In this document: positions 57,324 to 64,000 of the stretch, piece by piece | Numbering within the stretch: position 1 is the first letter of the stretch | Layout of the letters: each line of letters starts with the position of its first letter | From: Planctomycetota bacterium | GTDB lineage: Bacteria; Planctomycetota; UBA1135; UBA2386 | Direction of reading: 5' to 3' | DNA length: 64,000 nt | Assembly: GCA_046290465.1 (NCBI GenBank) | Contig: JBKAGP010000001.1 | Location: 5,536,001 to 5,600,000, forward strand | Made by a program: the position numbers and the translations under genes | Notes under the pieces: model-generated | Seen by the model: only the letters and a program-made list of their open reading frames with translations | Databases searched by the model: none | Told to the model about the DNA's origin: nothing

Positions 57324-59387
57324 ATGGTCGCCCATCGTCTCGCGTCCCTGCTGCTCGTCGCGCTGCTCGCTGCCTGCGCGACGCGTCGGCACGACGTCGT
57401 CGTCTACGGCTGCACGTCGGCCGGCGTGATCGCCGCGGTGCAGGCGCACCGCATGGGCCGTTCGGTGGTCGTGGTCGGGCCGGACCGCCACCTTGGCGGG
57501 CTCTCGTCGGGAGGACTCGGCTGGACCGATTCGGGCAACAAGGCGGTCATCGGCGGACTGGCGCGCGAGTTCTACGGCCGCATCCATGCGCACTACGCCG
57601 ACGACGCGGCGTGGCGCTGGCAGCCGCGCGCCGACTACGGCAACCGCGGCCAGGGCACGCCGGCCACGGACGGCGACACCCGCACGATGTGGATCTTCGA
57701 GCCGCACGTCGCCGAGGCGGTGTTCGAGCAGCTCGTCGCCGAACATCGCATCGAGGTGCACCGCGACGAGTGGCTCGACCGCGAGCACGGGGTCGAACGC
57801 GACGGGGCGCGCATCCGTTCGATCACGATGCACTCGGGCCGGCGGTTCGACGGCGCGATGTTCGTCGACGCGACCTACGAGGGCGACCTGATGGCGGCGG
57901 CCGGGGTCTCGTACACCGTCGGCCGCGAAGCCAACGACGTCTACGGCGAGACGCTCAACGGCGTGCAGACGGGGCGGGCGCGCTCGCACCAGTTCGACCG
58001 CGACGTCGACCCGTACGTGGTGCCGGGCGATCCGACCTCGGGGCTGCTGCCGCGCATCCACGCGGGCCCGCCCGGCCAGGACGGCGACGGTGACCATCGC
58101 GTGCAGGCCTACTGCTTTCGCACCTGCATGACCGACCACCCGGACAACCGGGTCGCGTGGCCGAGGCCCGACGGCTACGACGCCGGCCAGTACGAGCTGC
58201 TGCTGCGCTACCTGCAGGCCGGCGGCCGCGGGGTCTTCAACAAGTTCGACCCGATCCCCAACCGCAAGACCGACACCAACAACCACGGCGCGTTCTCGTT
58301 CGACGACATCGGCGCCAACTACGGCTATCCCGACGGCAGCTACGCAGAACGCCGCGCGATCGTGGCGGAGCACGAGGTCTACCAGAAGGGGCTCTTGTGG
58401 TTCCTCGCCAACGACCCGCGCGTGCCCGAGGACGTGCGCACGCGCATGCAGCGCTTCGGGCTCGCCGCCGACGAGTTCGTCGACAACGGCAACTGGCCGC
58501 ACCAGCTCTACGTGCGCGAGGCGCGCCGCATGGTGTCCGACTGGGTGCAGACCGAGCGCCACCTGCGCCGCGAGCTCGACACGCCGCGGCCGATCGGCAT
58601 GGGCTCCTACAACATGGACAGCCACAACGTGCAGCGCTACGTCGACGCCGACGGCCACGCGCGCAACGAGGGCGACATCCAGATCAACCCGGGCGGCCCG
58701 TACCCGGTCGACTACGGCGCGATCGTCCCGCGCAAGGGCGAGTGCCAGAACCTGCTGGTGCCGGTGTGCCTGTCGTCGTCGCACATCGCCTACGGCTCGA
58801 TCCGGATGGAGCCGGTGTTCATGATCCTCGGCCAGTCCGCGGCCACCGCGGCCGTGCTGGCGCTCGAAGAAGACGTCGCCGTGCAGGACGTCGCCTATGA
58901 CCGCCTCGCCGAACGCCTCGAGCAGGACGGCCAGGTGCTGCGCCTCGAGGGCGCGCGCGGCGCGCCGTTCGTCCGCCTCGACCGGCTAACCGGCATCGTC
59001 GTCGACGACACCCAGGCCTGGCTCGAAGGCCCGTGGCGCATGTCCAACATCCAGGCCGGCGTGCACCGCGGCTACCGCCACGACCAGGCGCGCGGCGACG
59101 GCTCGTGCCGCGCGACCTTTGCTGCCGAGCTCGAACCCGGGTGCTACGAGGTGCAGGTTGCCTATACCGCGCATCGCAACCGCGCGTCGAACGTGCCCGT
59201 CGAGGTGCGCGCGGGGCGTGAGGTCTACCGTGTCACCGTCGACCAGCGGAAGGCTTCGGCGGGGGGCGAGGGCTTCCACACCGTGGGCGCGTGGATGCTC
59301 GGTGGTCCGGTGGAGGTGGTCGTGCACAACGATGGGGCAGACGGGCACGTCATCGTGGATGCGGTGCGTTTCTTGGTGAAGCCCTGA
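57324..59387 (+). CDS. FAD-dependent oxidoreductase lipoprotein with C-terminal golvesin/xanthan-lyase-like beta domain
   Basis: DVVVYGCTSAG, DATYEGDL, QLYVREARRM, SHIAYGSIRMEP; IVVDD...G.W....NRASNVPV...VIVDAVRF. Confidence 0.88.
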   Translation: MVAHRLASLLLVALLAACATRRHDVVVYGCTSAGVIAAVQAHRMGRSVVVVGPDRHLGGLSSGGLGWTDSGNKAVIGGLAREFYGRIHAHYADDAAWRWQPRADYGNRGQGTPATDGDTRTMWIFEPHVAEAVFEQLVAEHRIEVHRDEWLDREHGVERDGARIRSITMHSGRRFDGAMFVDATYEGDLMAAAGVSYTVGREANDVYGETLNGVQTGRARSHQFDRDVDPYVVPGDPTSGLLPRIHAGPPGQDGDGDHRVQAYCFRTCMTDHPDNRVAWPRPDGYDAGQYELLLRYLQAGGRGVFNKFDPIPNRKTDTNNHGAFSFDDIGANYGYPDGSYAERRAIVAEHEVYQKGLLWFLANDPRVPEDVRTRMQRFGLAADEFVDNGNWPHQLYVREARRMVSDWVQTERHLRRELDTPRPIGMGSYNMDSHNVQRYVDADGHARNEGDIQINPGGPYPVDYGAIVPRKGECQNLLVPVCLSSSHIAYGSIRMEPVFMILGQSAATAAVLALEEDVAVQDVAYDRLAERLEQDGQVLRLEGARGAPFVRLDRLTGIVVDDTQAWLEGPWRMSNIQAGVHRGYRHDQARGDGSCRATFAAELEPGCYEVQVAYTAHRNRASNVPVEVRAGREVYRVTVDQRKASAGGEGFHTVGAWMLGGPVEVVVHNDGADGHVIVDAVRFLVKP

Positions 59388-59818
59388 TGGAGGCCAAGAG
59401 GCGACAGCCCGGCCGGCACCGGCGGCACAGCACCAGGCCTCCACGGATCGTCTCGCCGGGCAGGCATGCCGCGCGGGCTGCCGGTGCCGCACTCCTGTCC
59501 CTCGTTGCAGCGTCGCTGGCAGCGGTGTCCGTCGAGGCCGCGCCGATCGGTGGTGACTACCAGGGAACGGCGCTGGCGATCTTTCCCGGCACGGTGCTGA
59601 TGTTCATTTTGTCGATCGCGGCACAGTCCTACCTCCATGGCGCGCAGCGCTGGTGGAGGTGTGCCTGTCTGCTGCTTGCAGGGTTCGCTGCGTCGGCGCT
59701 CCTTGTTCACGTGGTGGACGACAGCGGCAAGGGGCTCCTGGTCATCTGGTTCGTCGTCACGCTTGCCTTCGCGTTCTTACGGGAGCGTCGCGGGCGTAGA
59801 GGGCGTCGCTGGGAGTGA
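59387..59818 (+). CDS. Hypothetical small membrane protein
   Basis: TGATG coupling to the upstream gene; four hydrophobic segments; atypical codon usage. Confidence 0.55.
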   Translation: MEAKRRQPGRHRRHSTRPPRIVSPGRHAARAAGAALLSLVAASLAAVSVEAAPIGGDYQGTALAIFPGTVLMFILSIAAQSYLHGAQRWWRCACLLLAGFAASALLVHVVDDSGKGLLVIWFVVTLAFAFLRERRGRRGRRWE

Positions 59819-59985
59819 ATTAGTTTGCGTGTTGTGCGGTGTGAGATACGTAGAATATATGCGGCAAGTTTTTTTATTGCATTGCGATGGTTGCTGCGGC
59901 GGGTGCCGGCGCTAGGGTCTGGTCGGTGCGCGAGGTGCAGGTCCCTAATGGTCTGCCGGAGGACCGTGCCGTTGGAAGAGGAGGC

Positions 59986-60462
59986 GTGCCGAGAAAACCG
60001 TTGTCGTTGGTGTTCGCAGGTTTGTGTTCGCGGCCTTGATGGCGCCGATCGCTGGCAGTGCCTTATGGGCTTACCCAGACAGCTGTGCGCTGTACTGGTT
60101 GCCACCTGGAACCGGAGGCTACCATCGTTGATGGGGTCTTGCATCCCTACACCTGTGGCGGGTTGTGTGAGAGCGGAGACTGCACGATCGGCAATCAGTG
60201 TGCCGACACCGACGAGAGCGGGCCCGGCCTTTGAATTCAGTGTTTCTGCGGCGGGCAGTTGTCCGACCCGGAATGTCGCGGGACGGTGTACTACAACATA
60301 GAAGGGAATTGGTATGACGAACAATGTCTCGGTGGGTGCAGCGATACGTGCCTGACGTGTCAGGACATCGATGGGCAAAGCGCAGACGAAGTCGAGGGGC
60401 GCGGGGCGGATGCGATCTTGACATGCGAGTGTCGAGCGCCAGGCGGGAGTAGCGGCGGATGA
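59986..60462 (+). pseudogene. Cys-rich small protein interrupted by two in-frame TGA codons
   Basis: GAGGAG then GTG at 59986; TGA at 60037 and 60232; 15 Cys between 60040 and 60459. Confidence 0.5.
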
Positions 60463-61139
60463 GATCTGTAGGTGGGGTCGTGCTTGCGGGTGCGGTGTTG
60501 GTCGCGGGGGCGGTCTTGCTGGCGCAGATGTTTGCGGAGGTGTCCGACCCGGAAAGCGGTAAGGAGAGCCACGCACGGCAGACAGACGCACGAGGTGTTG
60601 TGTCCGCGGTGACAAAGCCCCAGCAGGCGGCGCCGGATCGGATGGAGGTTCGCGGGGGCGCCGCGGATGCGGGCGTGGATATCGAGGTGGTCGACGCGAC
60701 CGGAGCGCCCGTCGCCGGTTGCCGCGTCGTCGCGACACGTCGGCAGGTTCGGTCTGCGCGCGCGATCGACAACGCCCGCAGTCTGGCCGCGCTCGACCTG
60801 GTCTTCGACGGCGCTTGTAACCAAGCGGGGCCGGCCCGGGTCCCGCTGGGCGACGAGGACGTCTATGTGCGGGTCTGTTCGCCGCAGGGCCTGTTCGCCG
60901 TTGGCGCTGAGCGCATCGTGGCGGGCGCCCGGCTTCCCGAGCGGTATGTCGTGCCCACGCTCGTGGGATGCGCCTTCCATCTTGCAGATGGCGCTGTTGC
61001 CCGACACGTTCGCTGTGAGTCCGAAGGCTTGTCACCAGCCGGCCTGGACGAGCTGGTGCGACTGGGCAACGAGGCGCGTGATGCAGTGGCCAAGGTGCCG
61101 TCGCGGTACGATCCGGTGTCGCTGGACTGGATCCCCTAG
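60459..61139 (+). CDS. Hypothetical membrane-anchored protein, possibly truncated
   Basis: ATGA overlap; N-terminal TM; VVDATGAPVAG carboxypeptidase-regulatory-like motif. Confidence 0.55.
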   Translation: MRSVGGVVLAGAVLVAGAVLLAQMFAEVSDPESGKESHARQTDARGVVSAVTKPQQAAPDRMEVRGGAADAGVDIEVVDATGAPVAGCRVVATRRQVRSARAIDNARSLAALDLVFDGACNQAGPARVPLGDEDVYVRVCSPQGLFAVGAERIVAGARLPERYVVPTLVGCAFHLADGAVARHVRCESEGLSPAGLDELVRLGNEARDAVAKVPSRYDPVSLDWIP

Positions 61140-61223
61140 GCGCTCGCGCGGGGGCGATCAGGAACGTGGCCGCCAGTGGTGGGCATCAGCCCTTTCGGCA
61201 CCTTCCGCAGCTGTCGGCGGGAT

Positions 61224-61299
61224 TGGTGGGCCGTGCTGGATTCGAACCAGCGACTTCGACCTTGTGACGATCGCACTCTACCAACTGAGTTAACGGCCC
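61224..61299 (-). tRNA. tRNA-Val(CAC)
   Basis: Acceptor GGGCCGT/ACGGCCC, D arm ACTC/GAGT, anticodon stem CGATC/GGTCG with loop GTCACAA, T arm GCTGG-TTCGAAT-CCAGC, A73 and encoded CCA; 76 nt. Confidence 0.95.
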
Positions 61300-61389
61300 A
61301 CGACGACACCGTGGCGGCGTCGAGGGCGGGGAAAGCTACCGATCCCGGCGCGCGTTCGCAAGCCCTTCTCCGAACGGTCCCACGCCCGC

Positions 61390-62343
61390 TCAGTCGCTGC
61401 TCGGCGCCGCCGGGAACGCGCCGTAGAACGCCGTCTGCAGGGTCAGCGTGGTCGCTTCGCGCCCCGCCTGCGCAAACGCGTGCACCAGCCCCTTGGCGAT
61501 TTCGGGCACGCGGCCGGGCACCGTCGTGAAGGCGATCAGGCCGGGGCCGTGGCCGCAGATGGTGGCGCCGGCGGCGCCCGCGGCGACGGCGGCGTGCAGG
61601 GCTTCGTCGAGGCCGGGGACCAGGCGGCGGCGGTAGGGGAGGTGGATCTCGTCGGGCAGGCACGCGCGCAGCAGGTCCTCGTCGGCCTCGGCGAGCGCGC
61701 GCAGCACGCCGAGCGTCCGGCTGGTGCTGCGGCGGGTCGCCGCGTGCGGCAGGGTCGGCGGCAGCACGCGCTTGGTGTCGGCGGTGCCCATCTGCAGGTC
61801 GGGCAGCGCGATCACGTAGTGCCAGTCGGTGTGCACCGGATGCGGCAGCAGGCGGTGCCGGACCTCGGACTCCTGCGGCAGCGACAGCTGCGTGGTGACC
61901 GTCAGTCCGCCGAGCAGGGCCGCTGCGCCGTGGGCGCTGTCGGCGCCGAGCGGGATCATCGCGTCGATCGCGAGGTCGGCAGAAGGTCGCTTCTTCGCCA
62001 TGCGCGCGGCGATGCCGATGCCGGCCGCGTAGCTGGCCGAGATCGTGCCCATGCCGGTGCCGCGCGGGATCGTGCCTTCGACCGTGATCGACACGCCCTT
62101 GGCGAGCGAACAGCCGAACAGTTCGGCGCCGCGGCGCAGGCCGCGCAGCACCGGGTCGTGGCGCGGATCCTCCAGATGTGCCGACGGGTCGTCGCGGCGT
62201 TCGACGATCAGTTCGCCGTCGCTGCGCGGTTCGACGGTGATGCCGAGCGGCAGGTCGAGCGCCAGGCCGACGACCCCGTAGCCGGGGCCGAGGTTGGCCG
62301 CGCTGGCCGGCACGTGGAAGGTGATCGGGGTCGGCTTCGCCAC
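61390..62343 (-). CDS. thrB: Homoserine kinase (GHMP family)
   Basis: VPASAANLGPGY..VGLAL, IPRGTGMGT, D.IH.PYR..L.PG, ICGHGP. Confidence 0.8.
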   Translation of the reverse strand: MAKPTPITFHVPASAANLGPGYGVVGLALDLPLGITVEPRSDGELIVERRDDPSAHLEDPRHDPVLRGLRRGAELFGCSLAKGVSITVEGTIPRGTGMGTISASYAAGIGIAARMAKKRPSADLAIDAMIPLGADSAHGAAALLGGLTVTTQLSLPQESEVRHRLLPHPVHTDWHYVIALPDLQMGTADTKRVLPPTLPHAATRRSTSRTLGVLRALAEADEDLLRACLPDEIHLPYRRRLVPGLDEALHAAVAAGAAGATICGHGPGLIAFTTVPGRVPEIAKGLVHAFAQAGREATTLTLQTAFYGAFPAAPSSD

Positions 62344-62368
62344 GACGGCATTATCGGCCGGGCCGGGC

Positions 62369-64000
62369 CTACGGGCGAACCCGGATCTCGAGCCGCTTGC
62401 CGTCGCGTTCGACGAACAGCGGCACGACCTCCAGGTCCGAGGCCGCCTTGCGGAACTCGGCCAGCAGTTCGCGGGCGTTGTCGACCGGCTCGTCGCCGAC
62501 CGCGACGAGCTGGTCGCCCGCCTGCAGCTTGCTGCGGCCGGCGATGCCGTCCTCGGTCACCGACTGCACCGTGACGCCGTCGAGCTCGAGGCCGAGCCAG
62601 GTCTCGACGATCAGCTGCGCGTCGACGCGGCCGCGGCGGCCGCCGGGCGTGGCCCGTTCGACGCCGTCGCGCGACAGCATGTGGTCGAGGTTGGCGACGC
62701 CGGCGGCGATCACCGCGAACACCGTCGCGTTGTGCTTCTGGAAGTCCGGGCGCACGATCGAGTAGGTGTCCCACTGCGAGTGCCAGCCGCGGCCGTAGGG
62801 GACCGGGCCCTTGAGGCTCCACGAGAACGCCGGCACGCCGACCGCCGCGAACGACGCGTGGTCGCTGCCGCCGCCGGCCGGCTTGACGACCTTGCGCGGG
62901 CGCAGCGTGAACACTTCGCCGTCGTGGTCCGGCTCGGGCGGCTGCATCGACGCCAGGATCGGCGCGACGATCTGCTCGAAGTCGCCGAGCTGCGATTCGG
63001 CGATGCCGAGCGCGTGGGCCCAGTTGGTGCCGCTGTCGTGGTTGAACACCGCCGACACCTTGTGCATGCGGGTGCGGTTCTGCACCACGTAGCCGCGCGA
63101 GCCGAGCAGGCCCTGCTCCTCGCCGCCCCACAGGATGAAGCGGATGGTGCGCTTGGGCGTGAAGCCGGCCTGCGTGATCAGCCGCGCGGCCTCGAGCGTC
63201 GAGCAGGTGCCGGTGCCGTTGTCGGTGGCGCCGGTCGCCTGGTGCCAGCTGTCGAGGTGGGCGCAGACGATCACGTATTCGTCGGGGAACTCGCTGCCCT
63301 TCAGGTCGGCGACGACGTTGTTGAGCGTGACCGGGCCGCGGGTCCAGCGGTTGCGCAGCTCGAACTCGACCACCACGGGCCGTTCGCCGGCGAGCGCCTG
63401 TTCGAGCTGTTCGCACTGGTCGTCGCGCACCACGGCCTGCGCCCAGCGCTGCCGATCCTCGAACGGCTTGAGCGCCGCGGTGCGGTCGCCGAACACGCGG
63501 ATCTGGTTGGGGTAGGCCTTGCTGTTCCAGCGTGTGCTGGTCGCCGACTGCGCGATGCCGTGCACGTTGTCGCGCTGCAGCAGTTCGCGCACGCGGTCGG
63601 CGAGGCCGCCGCGTGGCAGCGGGCCGTAGAGCCAGAAGCCGCCGTCGCCCGAGACCTGGGCGGCGATCCGTTCGAACGACTCGTCGTCGGTCGGCATCTT
63701 CAGCAGCGTGCCGCGCGCGATGCCGCGGGTGCCGCCGGTCCAGGCCGGGCACGCGACCTGCAGTTCGAGCTGAGCGGGCTCGACCATGCGACCCATCCAC
63801 TGCTCGCGGTCCCAGCGCACCTTCCACTCGCCCCACGGCACCAGGTTGGCCTCGAGGCCCATCGCGCGGAACTGCTCGACGGCCCAGTCGGCGGCGCGGT
63901 CGAACGCCAGTGAGCCGGTCAGGCGGCTGCCGTAGTCGTGGCACAGTTCGTCCTGAAACTGCATGACGCGGCTGTTGGCCGTGCCTTCGCGGATGATCTT
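62369..64000 (-). CDS. M28 family peptidase with C-terminal PDZ domain; 5' end outside the window
   Basis: GSRLTGS, AHLDSW, GATDNGTG, WGGEEQGL.GS, GSDHASF, WHSQWD; LQAGDQLVAV. Frame is open to 64000. Confidence 0.9.
   Translation of the reverse strand, partial: KIIREGTANSRVMQFQDELCHDYGSRLTGSLAFDRAADWAVEQFRAMGLEANLVPWGEWKVRWDREQWMGRMVEPAQLELQVACPAWTGGTRGIARGTLLKMPTDDESFERIAAQVSGDGGFWLYGPLPRGGLADRVRELLQRDNVHGIAQSATSTRWNSKAYPNQIRVFGDRTAALKPFEDRQRWAQAVVRDDQCEQLEQALAGERPVVVEFELRNRWTRGPVTLNNVVADLKGSEFPDEYVIVCAHLDSWHQATGATDNGTGTCSTLEAARLITQAGFTPKRTIRFILWGGEEQGLLGSRGYVVQNRTRMHKVSAVFNHDSGTNWAHALGIAESQLGDFEQIVAPILASMQPPEPDHDGEVFTLRPRKVVKPAGGGSDHASFAAVGVPAFSWSLKGPVPYGRGWHSQWDTYSIVRPDFQKHNATVFAVIAAGVANLDHMLSRDGVERATPGGRRGRVDAQLIVETWLGLELDGVTVQSVTEDGIAGRSKLQAGDQLVAVGDEPVDNARELLAEFRKAASDLEVVPLFVERDGKRLEIRVRP

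Noticed and set aside
59825..60301. 158-aa Cys/Arg-rich ORF from the track
   Set aside because: The alternative frame gives a more protein-like Cys-rich sequence with an RBS-like motif and coupling to the next gene.
1..64000. Genome-wide TGA reassignment (code 4 or 25) to explain the in-frame TGAs
   Set aside because: Many well-recognised genes here (rocD, folE, the kinases) end at TGA at their expected C-termini.
62369..64000. M28 protein as the glutaminyl cyclase behind the Q-rule pattern
   Set aside because: HLDSW/GATDN motifs, the insert domain and the PDZ domain fit a carboxypeptidase-Q-like peptidase; nothing specific supports cyclase activity.

Overview
Very GC-rich bacterial chromosome segment. 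The gene repertoire (Ser/Thr kinase-FGE fusion, sulfatase, DUF1080, FG-GAP and HEAT proteins, SWIB protein) suggests an uncultured Planctomycetota lineage, which is an inference. It holds about 48 CDS, mostly exported hydrolases, surface proteins and housekeeping genes (rocD, folE, queD, pip, thrB), plus tRNA-Val(CAC). No CRISPR array, rRNA, integrase or transposase is visible. The strongest signal is at the left edge: an FG-GAP repeat protein whose frame runs through an in-frame TGA in a W-U-C motif, followed by a SECIS-like hairpin, i.e. a candidate selenoprotein that the ORF track truncates. Other points of interest: (1) an ethylene-receptor-like hybrid kinase; (2) an Fe(III)-type ABC operon coupled to a pentaheme cytochrome and a HEAT lipoprotein; (3) tandem paralogous secreted proteins with a shared bipartite upstream motif and a candidate antisense sRNA between them; (4) an 83-bp CTAG-associated repeat; (5) a SWIB gene lacking its stop codon; (6) a Cys-rich TGA-interrupted ORF in an atypical region 3' of the tRNA; (7) window-wide patterns of apparently leaderless genes, Gln at +1 after signal peptides, and a shared C-terminal domain. 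All family assignments come from motif recognition by eye, not from database searches.
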